From the NCBI RefSeq assembly GCF_009914755.1, contig NC_060928.1: a stretch of DNA of 64,000 nt. One strand, given 5' to 3'. Below, piece after piece: positions 15,985 to 30,324 of the stretch; the first letter of the stretch is position 1; every line of letters starts with the position of its first letter. The DNA is from the human T2T-CHM13v2.0 reference genome, Homo sapiens. Below the pieces are notes generated by a model. That model did no database searches and was not told the origin of the DNA. It saw nothing but the letters and a program-made list of their open reading frames with translations. The position numbers and the translations under genes are program-made.

Positions 15985-18900
15985 TTTTTTTCTTTTTTTT
16001 TTTTTTTCATTATACTTTAAGTTCTGGGATACATGTGCAGAATGCGCAGGTTTGTTACATAGGTATACATGTGCCATGGTTGTTTGCTGCACCCATCAAC
16101 CCATCATCTACATTAGGTACTTCTCCTAATGCTATCCCTCCCCTAGTCTCCCACACCCTGATAGGCCCTGGTGTGTGGTGTTCCTCTCCCTGTGTCCATA
16201 TGTTCTCATTGTTCAACTCCCACTTATCAATGAGAACATGCGGTGTTTGGTTATCTGTTCTTGTGTTAGTTTGCTGAGAATGATGGTTTCCAGCTTCATC
16301 CATGTCCCTGCAAAGGACATGAACTCACTCTTTTTTATGGCTGCAGAGAATTACATGGTGTATACGTGCCACATTTTCTTTATCCAGTCAATCATTGATG
16401 GGCATTTGGGTTGGTTCCGTGTCTTTGCTATCATGAATAGTGCTGCAATAAACATACATGTGCATGTATCTTTAGAGTAGAATGATTTATAATCCTTTGG
16501 GTATATACCCAGTAGTGGGATTGCTGAGTCAAATGATATTTCTGTTTCTAGATCCTTGAAGAATTGCCACACTGTCTTCCACAACCATTGAACTGATTTC
16601 CACTCCCACCAACAGTGTAAAAGTGTTCATTTCTCCACATCCTCTCCAGCATCTGTTGTTTCCCGATTTTTTAATGATTGCCTTTCCAACGGGCATGAGA
16701 TGGTATCTCATTGTGATTTTGATTTGCATTTCTCCAATGACCAGCAATGATGAGCTTTCTCTCATCTGTTTGTTGGCCGCATAAATGTCTTCTTTTGAGA
16801 AGTGTCTGTTCATATCCTTCGACCACTTTTTGATGGGGTTGTTTGCTTTTTTCTTGTAAATTTGTTTAAGTTCCTTGTAGATTCTGGATATTAGCTTATT
16901 TTCAGATGGATAGATTACAAAAAATTTCCCCTATTCTATAGGTTGCTTATTCACTCTGATGATAGTTTCTTTTGCTGTGCAGAAGCTCTTTAGCTTAATT
17001 ACATCCCATTGGTCTATTTTGGCTTTTGTTCCCATTGCTTTTGGTGTTGTAGTCATGAAGTCTTTGCCCATGCCTATGTCCTGAATGGTTTTGCCTAGGT
17101 TTTCTTCTAGGGTTTTTATGGTTTTAGGTTTTACATTTAAGTCTTTTATCCATCTTGAGTTGATTTTTGTATAAGGTGTAAGGAAGGGGTCCAGTTTCAG
17201 TTTTCTGCATATGGCTAGCCAGTTTTCCCAACACCATTTATTAAATAGGAGATCCTTTCTCCATTGCTTGTTTTTGTCAGGTTTGTCAAAGATCAGATGG
17301 TTGTGTATGTATGGCATTATTTCTGAGGCCTCTGTTCTGTTCCATTGGTCTATATATCTGTTTTGGTACCAGTACCATTACTGAAGCCTTGTAGTATAGT
17401 TTGAAGTCAGATAGTGTGATGCCTCCAGCTTTGTTCTTTTTGCTTAGGATTGCTTAGACAATTTTTTGCTTAGGATTGCTTAGACGATTGCTTAGACAGT
17501 CCTAAGCAACTCGGGCTCTTTTTTGGTTCTGTGTGAAATTTAAAGTAGTTTTTTCTGCTATGGGCTCCTTTTTTATTCTGTATGAAATTTAAAGTAGCTT
17601 TTCTGACTCTGAAGAAAGTCAATGGTAGCTTGATGGGGATAGCATTGACTCTATAAATTACTTTGGGCAGTATGGCCATTTTCATGATATCGGTTCTTCC
17701 TATCCATGAGCATGGAATGTTTTTCCATTTGTTTGTGTTCTCTCTTATTTCCTTGAGCAACGATTTGTAGGGGTTTTTCACAATTGTCTTTCTAGCAATT
17801 GTGAATGAAAGTTCACTCATGATTTGGTTCTCTGTCTATAATTGTTGTATAGGAATGCTTGTGATTTTTGCACATTGATTTTGTATCCCGAGACTTTGCT
17901 GAAGTTGCTTATCAGCTTAAGGAGATTTTGGGCTGAGACAATGGGGTTTTCTAAATATACAATCATGTCATCTGCAACCAGAAACAATTTGACTTCCTCT
18001 CTTCCTATTTGGATACTCTTTATTTCTTTCTCTTGCCTGATTGCCCTGGCCAGAACTTCCAATACTATGTTGAATAGGAGTAGTGACAGAGGGCATCCTT
18101 GCCTTGTGCCAGTTTTCAAAGGGAATGCTTCCAGCTTTTGCCCATTCAGTATGATATTGGCTGTGGGTTTGTTATAAATAACTCTTATTATTTTTAGATA
18201 TGTTCCATAGATATCTAGTTCATTGAGAGTTTTTATCATGAAGGACTGTTGCATTTTATTGAAGGCCTTTTCTGCATCTATGAGATAATCATGTGGTTTT
18301 TGTCATTGGTTCTGTTTATGTGATGGATTATGTTTACTGATTTGCGTATGTTGAACCAGCCTTGCATCCCAGGGATAAAGCCAATTTGATCATGGTGGAT
18401 AAGCTTTTTGATGTGCTGCTGGATTCAGTTCACCAGTTTTTTATTGAGGATTTTCGCATCTATGTACAGCAGGGATATTGGCCTGAAATTTCCTTTTTTT
18501 GTTGTGTCTCTGCCAGGTTTTGGTATCAGGATGATGCTGGCCTCCTAAAATGAGTTAGGGAGGAGTCCCTCTTTTTCTATTGTTTGTAATAGTTTCAGAA
18601 GGAAAGATAACAGCTCCTGTTTGTACCTCTGGTAGAATTCATCTGTGAATCCGTCTGGTCCCACTATTATTGTGTAGGAGTCTAAGTCTCTTTGCAGGTC
18701 TCTAAGAACTTGCTTTATGAATCTGGGTGCTCCTGTATTGGGTGGGTATATATTTAGGATAGTTAGCTCTTCTTGTTGCATTGATCCCTTTACCATTATG
18801 CAATGCCCTTCTTTGTCTTTTTTGATCTCTGTTGATTTAAACTCTGTTTTATCAGAGACTAGAATTGCAACCCCTGCTTTTTTTTTTCCTTTCCTTTTGC

Positions 18901-21525
18901 TTGGTTATTCTTCCTCCATCCCTTTATTTTGAGCCAATGTGTGTCTTTGCGCATGAGATGGATCTCCTGAATACAGCATACCAATGGGTCTTGACCCTTT
19001 ATCCAATTTGCCAGTCTGTGTCTTTCAACTGGGGCATTTAGCTCATTTACATTTAAGGTTAATATTATTACGTGTGAATTTGATCCTGTAATGATGATGA
19101 TAGCTTGTTATTTTGCCTGTTAGTTGATGCAGTTTCTTCATAGTGTCAATGATCTTTACAATTTGGTATGCTTTTGCACTGGCTGGTACCAGTTTTTCCT
19201 TTCCATATTTACTGCTTCCTTCAGGAGCTCTTGTAAGGCAGACCTGGTGGAGACAAAATCCCTCAGCATTGGCTTGTCTGTAAAGGACTTTATTTCTCCT
19301 TAACTTAGGAAGTTCAATTTGGCTGGATATGAAATTCTGGGTTGAAAAATCTTTTCTTTAAGATTGTTGAATACCGGCCCTCACTCTCTTCTGGCTTGTA
19401 GGCTTTCTGCACAGAGATCTGCTGTTAGTCTGATGGGCTTCCCTTTGAGGGTAACCCAACCTTTCTCTCTGGCCACCCTTAACATTTTTTCCTTCATTTC
19501 AGCCTTGGTGAATCTGACGATTATGTGTCTTGAGGTTGCTCTTCTTGAGGAGTATCTTTGTGGTGTTCTCCGTATTTCCTGAATTTGAATGTTGGCCTGT
19601 CTTGCTAGGTTGGGGAAGTTCTCCTGGATAATATCCTGCAGAGTGTTTTCCACTTGATTCCATTCTCCCTGTCACTTTCCGGTACACCAATCAAATGTAG
19701 GTTTGGTCTTTTCACATAGTCCCATATTTCTTGGAGGCTTTGTTTGTTCCTTTTCATTCTTCTTTCTCTGATCTTGTCTTCACACTTTATTTCATTAAGT
19801 TGACCTTCAATCTCCAATATCCTTTCTTCTGCTTGATTGATTTGGCTATTGATACTTATGTATGCTTCACAAAGTTCTTGTGCTGTGTTTTTCAGCTCCA
19901 TAAGGTCATTTATGCTCTCTCTAAACTGGCTATTCTAGTTAGCAATTCCTCTAACCTTTTTTCAATGTTCTTACTTAGCTTCCTTGCATTGGATTAGAAC
20001 ATGCTCCTTTAGCTTGGAGGAGTTTGTTATTACCCACCTTCTAAAGCCTACTTCTGTCAATTCGTCAAATTCATTCTCCATCCAATTTTGTTCCCTTGCT
20101 GGCAAGGAGTTGTGATCCTTTGGAGGAGAGGAGGTAATCTGGTTTTTGGAATTTTCAGCCTTCTTGCACTTATTTTTCCTCATCTTCATTTATTTATCTA
20201 CTTTTGGTCTTTGATGTTGGTGACCTTCGGATGGGGTTTTGTGTGGATGTCCTTTTTGTTGATGTTGATGCTGTTCCTTTCTATTTGTTAATTTTCCTTC
20301 TAACAGTCAGGCCCATTTGCTGCAGGACTGCTGGAGTTTGCTGGAGGTCCACTCCAGTCCCTGTTTGCCTTGGTGTCACCAGCAGAGGCTGCAGAACAGC
20401 AAAGATTGCTGCCTGTTCCTTCCTCTGGAAGTTTCATAGCAGAGAGGCACCCACTCCAGAAGTTAGCCAGAGCTCTCCTGTATAAGGTGTTTGTCAATCC
20501 CTGCTGGGAGGTATCTCCCATTCAGGAGGTGTGGGGGTCAGGGACCCACTCAAGGGGGCAGTCTGTCCCTTAGCAGAGCTCAAGCACTTTACTGGGAGAT
20601 CTGTTGCTCTCTTCAGAGCTGGCAGGCAGGAACGTTTAAGGCTGCTGAAGCTGCACCTACATCCACCCCTTCCCCCAGGTGCTCTGTCCTAGGGAGATAG
20701 GAGTTTTATCTATAAGCCCCTGACTGGGGCTGCTGCCTTTCTTTCAGAGATGCCCTGCCCAGAGAGGAGCAATCTAGAGAGGCAGTCTGGCTACCACAGC
20801 TTTGCCAAACTGCAATGTGTTCCACCCAGTTTGAACTTTCCCCTGGCTTTGTTTACACTGTGAGGGGAAAACTGCCTACCCAAGCCTCAGTAATGGTGGA
20901 CAGCCCTCTCCCCACCAAGCTCAAGCACCCAGGTTGACTTCAGACTGCTGTACTGGCAGTGAAAATTTCAAGCCAGTGGCTCTTAGCTTGCTGGACTCCA
21001 TGGAGGTGGAATCTGCTGAGCTAGACCACTTGGCTCCCTGGCTTCAGTCCCCTCTCCAGGGAAGTGAATGGTTCTGTCTCACTGGCATTTCAGGTACCAC
21101 TGGGATATGAAAAAAAACCTCCTGCAGCTAGCTTGGTGTCTGCCCAAATGGCTGTCCAGTTTTGTACTTGAAACCCAGGGCCCTGGTGGCATAGACACCC
21201 GAGGGAATCTCCTGATCTGCAGGTTGCGAAGATCATGGGAAAAGCGTAGTGTCTGGGCCAGAGTGCACCATTCCTCATGGCACGGTCCCTCACGGCTTCC
21301 CTTGGCCATGGGAGGGAGTTCCCTGACCCCTTGCACTTCCCTGGTGAGGCAACACCCCACCCTGCTTTGGCTTGCCCTCCATGGGCTGTACCCACTGTCT
21401 AACCAGTCCCAGTGAGATGAGCCAGGTACCTCAGTTGGAAATGCAGAAATCACCCACCTTCTGCATTGATCTCCCTGGGAGCTGCAGACCGGAGCTGTTC
21501 CTTTGAGACCATATTGACAGCCACC
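15985..21525 (-). mobile_element. L1PA7-type LINE-1 with both ends and a ~1 kb internal deletion
   Basis: Poly(T), 3'UTR TAAGTTCTGGGATACATGTGCAG; ORF2/ORF1 fragments; ~1.3-kb 5'UTR ending CGGAGCTGTTCC; splits an MLT1J-like LTR. Confidence 0.9.
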
Positions 21526-21529
21526 AACC

Positions 21530-21860
21530 GATCTCCTTTTCTTTCATAGCAGTAGGATTGCTAATTAAGTACATGGCCACTCAAAATAAAGGCTACAATG
21601 CCTAGACTCCCCTATAGCCAGGTGGGAAACCTGACTAAAGTCTGATTAATGTCATGAGGCAGTTACTGAAAATCACTCTTAAGAAACCAGCTAACACTCC
21701 CCCTCGGCCTCTTCTTATTCTCTTTTTTTTTCCTTCCTGAATGCTGGAATGTGGATATGATGGCTGAAGCTTCAGCAGCCATCTTGAGACTTGAGACTAC
21801 CTTGATTATTGAGGTTCCAACATCCTTTATTCCATAAGACCTTTCCACAGGCAGGCCTAG
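21530..21860 (+). mobile_element. MLT1J-like LTR, right part
   Basis: GGAATGTGGATATGATGGCTGAAGCTTCAGCAGCCATCTTGAGAC motif. Confidence 0.6.
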
Positions 21861-22385
21861 ATTGCCTTTTTATTTGGGAATGGAAGGTAGAGTGGGAATA
21901 CTATGCCTACCCCTTAATATCAACAATGAGAATATGGCCCTACTAAAGCCACAACTCCCAGAAAAATGGTAAAAGGAGACACAGAGTATCAAACAGACAG
22001 CAGTTCTAGGTTAACTCACATTCTAAGCTGTGCTTTTTAATATGTGAAAGAGGTAGATACCTATTTACAGCGGCACTAGTTTAAATTCTCTTTTCCCTCA
22101 TATTACTTCCCAAATTTTCCTGAAATTTTCACCAAAAAACTCCTCATAGTAACTTTTACTCTCGTGCCATTTCTTCTTCTAGCATGCAGCAATATGGTGG
22201 GGACGCATACTACAGCTGAGCTCTGGACAGGAAGTTTTCCATTTTATGAGAAACTCAAACCACCAAGAAAACCAGCTTATCTCACAAAATATTTTTATAC
22301 TTCTCTAGAACTCAGTAAGAGGTAAGGTTTTCAATCTCAGTCTTTGATTCTAATCCCTGGATTTGTCACCATTTTATTAGAAAGG

Positions 22386-22897
22386 TATATTATTTGGGTT
22401 CTCCAGAGAAATAGAAAGAAAAAGATACAAAGACATATGCGAAAGGAGATTTATTATAGGAACTGGCTCACATTGTTATGGAGGCTAAAAGTACCACTAT
22501 CTGTCATCATGGAAGCTGGAGAACCAGGAAAGTCAGAGGTGTCTCTTAGTCTAAATTCCAGGGCTTGACAATGAGAGGGGCAATGGTATAAGTCCAAAGT
22601 GCCCCAAGAACCAGGGGCACTGATGTCCAAGGGAGGGAGAAGATGGATGTTTCAACTCAACCACAGACAGTGAATTCTCCCTTTCTCTGCCTTCTTGTTC
22701 TGTGCAGGCCCTCAACGGATTGGATGATGCCTCTCCACGGTCCACATCGGTGAGGGTGATTGTCTTTACTCAGCCTATTGATTCAAACACTAATCTCTTC
22801 TGGAAACACTCTCAGACTCACCCAGAAGTAATGTTTGGCCAGCCATCGGAGCATCCTCTGGCTTAGTCAAGTTAACACATAGAATTAACCATCACAG
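22386..22897 (-). mobile_element. ERVL LTR, MLT2 family
   Basis: GGGTTCTCCAGAGAAA...GATTTATTATAGGAACTGGCTCAC...AATTAACCATCACA. Confidence 0.8.
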
Positions 22898-22939
22898 AAG
22901 GCAACAGAAAAACCTTTAAAGAATCAATAGAAAATATGT

Positions 22940-23470
22940 GCATCAGAAAATATTGCTGGCTTACCCAAAAGCTATTTCCCTTTTGTTCCTTACTAACAAC
23001 TCTTACTTTGTTTATATTTGAGGAAGTAATGTACTTAAGGAAGTTTTGTCTCTAACCCAGCATTCAAGAATGCGAAGACAATCACGTTAATCCCATTTCC
23101 TCTACCAGTGATTGGTGTGGAGGTGGGCATATCACTCACTTATAACCAAAAGGTCCTGAGGGGGACTTACTAAGAACTTTTCAGAAAGGTTTTTCTCCAT
23201 GATTAAAAGAAAAATTGTAAAGGAAACATCCCTTTCCTGTTTGAATTCACTTGTGTGAGGACGTGATGCTTGTATCTATGGCAACCATTCTGTAACCATG
23301 AGATGAAAGCTAAAAGAATCACAGAGAAGCTGACCCAAAACCCAGACAACTACATTGCTGAATCAGCAAACCTCAGAACTATTTATTTCCAGATTTGTGT
23401 TGTATGAATAATGAATTCTTGTTTTTAGGCTCTAGTAAATATTCCATTTCTTAGAGCAAACAGCATTCTC
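22940..23470 (+). mobile_element. Old MaLR LTR (MLT1K-like)
   Basis: GGCAACCATTCTGTAACCATGAG motif and MLT1-like 3' end. Confidence 0.5.
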
Positions 23471-24696
23471 ATGGATAAAATATTTATGAATAACATCCAT
23501 CTGTTTCCCTTTTATTCAATATTTCAAGGTTATTGAAATTATTATAAATAAAATCATTAATATTATTTTTAATCTACATTTTTATTTAGGTATAACTATA
23601 AATTAGGCATAACAATTGATAGCATCTGATAGACATGATTAGAGTTCATGGGAATATACAGCTAAATCTTTACAAAGGTCATTATAGCAGGTCATTTTAC
23701 AATGTCTAGAGTCTTTACCATCTCATTTATATTTTCTCATTTGACTGTAAACCTATTGGCTGTCCAGCAAAAGAGAATGACAGCTGTGTACCATGCCCAT
23801 TGTGCATGAGCCATATTCATGGCACTTGGCCTGAGAGTGGGCTTATAGATGGCCCAAAGCCTTCCAACAGACTAAAAAGCCAGGTGGACAAACAAAGATC
23901 TGCACAGAAAGCAAAGGTATTTGTAAGACCCTTGTAGAAACATTTCAACTTTGACTTGGAAAATTTTAAACTGAGAAACTAACCACAGTGAGTCTGAACG
24001 GCCTTTTTCAAGCTAATGTAGAGTTTATTCAAGTGTGGTAGGACACAGTATATGTTTATAGGCAGCCTTCTTCATAGTCATTTTTCATCATCATTAGATC
24101 TAGAATATAATGTACCCAGCTATGTAATGTACCTGCCTTAATGTGCAACACATTTATTTTAAAATGCCATTTGTAGATTATTTCTCTCAGGCCTGCAAAG
24201 GACATAATGAGATAATGTGGTGGAAAGCACTTTGTAAGGGGTGAAGTACTACAGAAATGTTGCTATTTTTATTACAACTTTAGTTTTTTCTTTATTTTAA
24301 AATGTTAAAGTCAGCAAGGGCTTTATGAAAATCCTGTCATGGTCCCAGAGAGGCTGCTACTAAGATTGGGTCACATACCTAGAAGAAGATTTGTGTTGAC
24401 GGTTTCTATCATTTTAACAGGCTGAAATTCTGTCTAAGAAACAGAAACAATTCAGGAATCCTGCCTTCCTCTGTTTCTTAAGAAAAAATAAATAAATATG
24501 TTTGTTATGCACAATTTAATCATGGACAATCAAAACAAGATGAACTCGTAAATAGCCTGTAAGGTGAATGTAACACCTGATCCCTGTGTTCCTGTCTCAC
24601 TATTCCCTATGTCAAGCACAGCATATCGTATGCAGTGCAGCCAATGTTCAACAAATATTGTTAAGCTGAGCTGAATTCATGAGACAGTATGTAATT

Positions 24697-25243
24697 CCTT
24701 GCTATTCAAGGTCTGGCCCATGGATGAGCTATATTGCCATCACTGGGAGCTTATCAGAAATGCAGAATCTTGGGTCCCACTCCAGACCTAACAAATCAGA
24801 ATCTGTATTTTAATGAGACCTCCAAATGTCTGGTGTTCACTTCTGTATTAGTCCACTTTCACACTGCTGACAAAGACATGCCCGAGACTGGGCAATTTAC
24901 AAAAGAAAGAGGTTTAATGGACTTACAGCTCCACATGGCTGGGGAGGCCTCACAATCATGGTGGAAGGCAAAGAGGAGCAAGTCACATTTTACATGGATG
25001 GCAGCAGGCAAAGAGAGAGAGAGAACTTTCACAGGGAAATTCTTGTTTTTAAAACCATTAGATCTCGTGAGATTTATTCACTATCACAAGAACAGCATGG
25101 GAAAGACCCACCCCCATGATTCAATTATCTCTCACTAGGTCCCTCCCACATTCCACAACACGTTGGGATTATAGGAGCTGCAACATGAGATTTGGATGGG
25201 GACACAGAGCCAAACCATATCACCTTAAAGTGTGAGATTACTG
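24697..25243. mobile_element. MER5A (hAT) split by a THE1 LTR
   Basis: GGGAGCTTATCAGAAATGCAGAATCTTGGGTCCCACTCCAGACC...AATCAGAATCTG; resumes TAAAGTGTGAGA after the THE1. Confidence 0.65.
24844..25222 (-). mobile_element. THE1 (THE1B/C-like) solo LTR
   Basis: TGTATTAGTCC...GACACAGAGCCAAACCATATCA termini. Confidence 0.9.
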
Positions 25244-25246
25244 CTA

Positions 25247-25694
25247 TGGTAGACATTGTCCGTATGTGTTCATGTCCCTTCTGTACAACCCAGAGGTCCC
25301 TTGAGACAGTTCCCATGCATGCCCTGCTACACAGTTCTGCCTAATGGCATGAAAACATGCCTGCTAGGCTGGTGTGTGCCAGACAGCCCAAAAGTGCCAA
25401 GAATTTAGTACCTTCACTGGGCAGTGAGTTGACATATTAGTATCACAGTTTCCTCGGCCTTCAATAGGAAAATTCTGAGACACATTCCACACAGTCTTTC
25501 AAAGGGTTTTCAGTGATACTGAGCTCCAGTTGCCCATATTGATAACCTACTATTGGCTTTCCTATATTCCTCCTTCCTTTTCTTACTTCCCCATACATGC
25601 CTCAACATTGCTCCTTGGAATCACCTGCCAAACAGACTGTTTTTATTCTAATCCCCATCTCAGGGTCTGCTTTTGGAAGAACTCAAACTAAGAC
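25247..25694 (+). mobile_element. ERVL LTR16-like
   Basis: Ends CATCTCAGGGTCTGCTTTTGGAAGAACTCAAACTAAGACA. Confidence 0.6.
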
Positions 25695-25739
25695 AAGTTA
25701 CTTTCTACTTCTGATGGTCTATGGTCTATTCTAGGACCC

Positions 25740-26112
25740 TGTTTAGTCTGCTTGGGCTACCATAACAAAATACCACAGATTAGATGGCTTTAACAACAGC
25801 AATGTATTCTTCACAGTTCTGGAATCTGAAAATCCAAGATCAATGTGCCAGCATGCTCAGTTTCTGGTGAGGGCTCACTTCCTGACTTGCAGATGGCTGC
25901 CTTCTCTCTGTGTCCTCACATGACAGACAGCGAAATAGATCCTTTTCTCTTTTTTTCCTTATAAAGCCACAGTTCTGATGGATTATGGCCCTATGCATAT
26001 GACTTCATTTAAGTACCTCCTCCATGCCCTATTTCCAAATACAGTCACAGTCACATTGGGAACTAGGGCTTCAACATATGAATTTGCAAGAAGGACATAA
26101 CTCAGTCCATAG
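25740..26112 (-). mobile_element. MLT1A-like solo LTR
   Basis: GCTACCATAACAAAATACCACAGA...TCACAGTTCTGGA...CTTCAACATATGAATTTG. Confidence 0.8.
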
Positions 26113-27719
26113 CTGTAAATATTTTAAAAGATGATAAATCTGAAACCTCAAAAAGTTAAATAAATAAACAACAGGTCAATAAGATCATATAGAATAGAGC
26201 AAAGAGGAAATTCAGCCACCTGATATCTACTTCTGGTTCTACCACTAAGCTCCTGGCCTCTGCTCAATTGAACTATCAAGACATTAGACAAGGTGATCAC
26301 TAAGGTACTGTAAGCCCAAGCCTAGGATGGGAGAACAGAACCAGGAACCCAGATCTCCTGGCTCCAAGTCCAGGGTCCCTTCTAACACACCAAACTGCAT
26401 CTCCTAACAGTATTATTATTGGGTTTAAGCACAATAACAAAACCCAACAGATTATAACATTAAACTAAAAAACGTATCTCACTCTTTTGTTTCCCAAACC
26501 TAAATCACTTTGATTACAACCAATACATGACAATTCACACTAATGAAAGAGAACATTGACATAAATAATTCAGAAACTCACTAATAATCAGCCCAGCTGT
26601 AAGATACTCCTGCCAAGGGAAACATCCCAGGAGGCCACCCAGGCTGGATAGGTGGCAAGCATGACTCCCAATGCATGCAGATGATCTGCAGTGTAGAAAA
26701 TGCCCTGTTGCCAGCCTCAAGATTCAGGTTTAGGAAAGCATAGTCAGTTTCAGGCCCTTTAGTGGTGGGAGGAGAGGATGCTTTTAGTGCATGTGACTAA
26801 GAAGCCAACAGGGAGGTTGTGGGTTTCCAAAAATTGACATAACACAGAAATCTGTGCAAATATTCTGCCTGTTCCTTAATCAGATCCTATCACTGCATTG
26901 CAGAAGCTTTTTCCATGGCTCCCTTCATTCCACGCTGCCTCTCTCGGCCTTGGATATTGCTGCAAGAACCTGATGAGCATGGTAAGAGCAAACACCATGA
27001 AACTCCAGCTAACCACTGGGCAATTTTACTCCCTTCAGTATTCTTATAATAAAAGGGGGTGGTGGTGTTCCAGAATCATCTGTGGACCATCTCCAAACAA
27101 CACACACTCTCCCTCTTCTATCTCCTCCTGTTTCCCCTGGTCAAGAATATCATACAGTGGGAAATGTGATATAGGCCCAAGAAGATCTGATTAAATTTAT
27201 CTTCATTATTGAAGCCATATATCTTTGCTTTGGACTCTTTTCTCAATTAGAGTTCAATTAAGCTCATTTCTACCTTCCCTGGCCCATAGAGGAGCATCTT
27301 TTATACCCCCACAGTCCTGAAAAATATCAGCAACCCCATGAGTATTACACCAAACATAGATCCATATCCACATATCCATGTTGAGTGCTAGCCACAGGAA
27401 TGTCATTAGGCATTAGTTTAGATAAAGCACCGAGACATTTGTGTAATAATGTGAACTTGAGTCTATACACCAAGATTTGTGAATGATTGATAGAAGCATC
27501 CAAACCAAGACTGGTTCATTAATGTCCCATATGTGGTGTGACTTATGCTCACCAACCCAGTCTTTAGGAAGCATTCTTCTGTTTGACTCTTATGTCATTG
27601 ATTTATTAGAGCCACAGAACAAGATCATATCTGTATCTTGCACCTCTTCTGCCCCAGTTCACCTCCTCTAAGGCCACCTTTTTACTCCAGTCATTACTGA
27701 AGCAATCAACTGTACTCAG

Positions 27720-28760
27720 ATGTAGCCTGACAGCACTTTAACTCCCCCAAAGATACTGCTTACCTTCAGCCCCTGGGCTTCTCTACCACTGCCTAACCAT
27801 GTGAGGTATTTGCAAATGAGCCAATCTGGTCACACAAATGATTAGAAATGGAAGGGAATTAACACCAGGGAGCAAATCCTGACCAATGGGAGACAAGAGG
27901 TAATCGATTCTGAGATGTATTTTACAGAGCTCCTCAATAGTTTCCTGGAAGGATCAAACCTCCGTGTTCCACACTGGAAACCATAATGCACCCTTGGATT
28001 GGCTTCCTCCATGTCCCACTTTTAAGCTTTCTAATTTAAACATCCTGATTACAAGCGCTTATCTCAGGCACTGTTTTCCAGGAGAATCTAGGCCAAGAGA
28101 GTTGCTATTGAAAGTGGCCCTACAAAACAGCTCCTCAGGATGATATTCTGGGACTAGATCTCTCATGGTCAGACAGAGATAAAGATCACATGGCTGTTGG
28201 TAAGTTGGGAGGTAAAGACCCCTGGCATGCATAGCATCACACGTATTAAGATGTTCTATGGTGGATTGATGTAAGGAGCAAATGGAAGGCAAATCGGGGC
28301 ATATGTGCTCCAGTGACACTTGAACAACGTGGGAGTCCATGATAATTACAATGGCTATGAAGCTGTCTAGTTTTACTTAATAGATTTATAAACTTTGACA
28401 AAAGAAATAATGGTCTCAGATTAGCTAACTAGAAATTCAAGGCATACGGTGAAAGAATGTTTCCCTTGTAAAGTTTATAAAGACCTTAAATGTTGCAGTC
28501 TGTGCTGAAAAACAGGTATGGGATTTAACTGTAAAAGTAGCAGAGCTGCAAAGAAAACTGAATGCAAAGCCTCCACAAGTATCCTATGCCAAAGACAAAG
28601 CCCTGGTATGGAGAGAGTGGAACCTTGAGACATAGAAAAGGCCCAGCACAGAGACATGACAGGAAGCAAGAGTGGAAGGTGGGCCCCTTCCTGCCCCTGA
28701 GGACACAGGAGGCTGCACCAGAATACTTAGCAATAGCTTGGGAACACTGTGACTTTACCC
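27720..28760 (+). mobile_element. ERVL LTR16-like LTR plus adjacent internal sequence
   Basis: GGGAATTAACACC...TGACCAATGGGAGACAAGAG...CTTATCTCAGGCACTGTTTTCCAGGAGAATCTAGGCCAAGA, then degenerate internal region. Confidence 0.55.
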
Positions 28761-28762
28761 AT

Positions 28763-28895
28763 TGATATAATTTGGATGTTTGTCCCCTCCAAATCTCATG
28801 CTGAAATGTGACCTCCTGTGTTGGAAGCGGGGTCTAGTGGGAGGTATTTGGGTCATGGGGGTGGATCGTTCATGAATGACTTGGCGCCCTTTCTG
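28763..28895 (+). mobile_element. MST-type LTR 5' fragment
   Basis: TTGGATGTTTGTCCCCTCCAAATCTCATGCTGAAAT. Confidence 0.7.
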
Positions 28896-28916
28896 CAATC
28901 AAGGTGGAAATTTTCA

Positions 28917-29287
<371 letters not shown>

Positions 29288-30324
29288 TTATTTACATATA
29301 ATATATGAATCAGTTAAACTCTTTCTCTAATAACAAAGATAGTACAGAAGATAAATTATATTAGAAACCTTTGAATGTTTGACTTAATATTTATAGCATT
29401 AAGCTGCTGAAGAATTTGGACTGTTAACAGTTTTTAATCATTACTGTCAAGGTTTCAAGGCCCCAAAATTGGCAGCAGTGTAATTTTACTCTTGAGTTTC
29501 AGTTCCATAGCATAATGTGAAGCAGAGATTTGGCTATTGTCCAGGAAATCTGATGCTGTAGACAGCTAAATAATCCAAAAATACCCACTTCTGCAGGTAA
29601 ACCTATAGCAGCAGACTTTCAATTGGCCACTTCATCTTGAGTTTTTCTGGGCAATAATCATGCCCAGGAACATGGCTAAGAAGAATGCGTAGACTAACCA
29701 GGTACAAATAGTGAGAAAGGGTTGCACAAAGCCATCAGTTTTCTAACAGTTGCATAAAACGTTCAGAAATCTGTCAGAAGACAGAGATCTACAGGGGACT
29801 GAATCAATCTTCTCTGGTTTAGAGGCTCCCTTCAGAGAAGCCATTTGTAGAGCATTTCAGTAGGGTTTGATCCCTACTGAGAAAAGCCCTTCAAGAGCAA
29901 AGGCGCAATGCAACTGACAAGTCTCATCACTTACATGAATGAGTTTTGAGTATTTAAGAATCATCTTACATGAATATTTTCCCCATTTAAGAAAGACAGC
30001 ACAAAGCACAAGTTATTTAAAAGCCAATATTGGTAGATTAGAAAAAAAAATGACTAAACAAATGATTATAAAATGTAAAACCTTTCCTTTTTTGTATGGA
30101 AAATATAGTGTCATTTATTTGTTCATTTCTTCATTCAGCATATTTATGGAAGGTATATTATGCAAGTATAGACAAGTAAGAGCGGTGCTTGCCTTCCAGA
30201 ACCTCATAGTCCAACTCTACCTAAAAACAAACTGATAAAATATTATAAAACTACCTACATATGTGAGCAGAATGTAGGAGTATTGGGGGGAATAGAAAGA
30301 GAGAGAACAAAGCTGTCAATTCCA

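Noticed and set aside
26780-27700. Possible coding or ERV internal remnant
   Set aside because: No recognisable protein motif; probably decayed ERVL/MaLR internal sequence but cannot be assigned.
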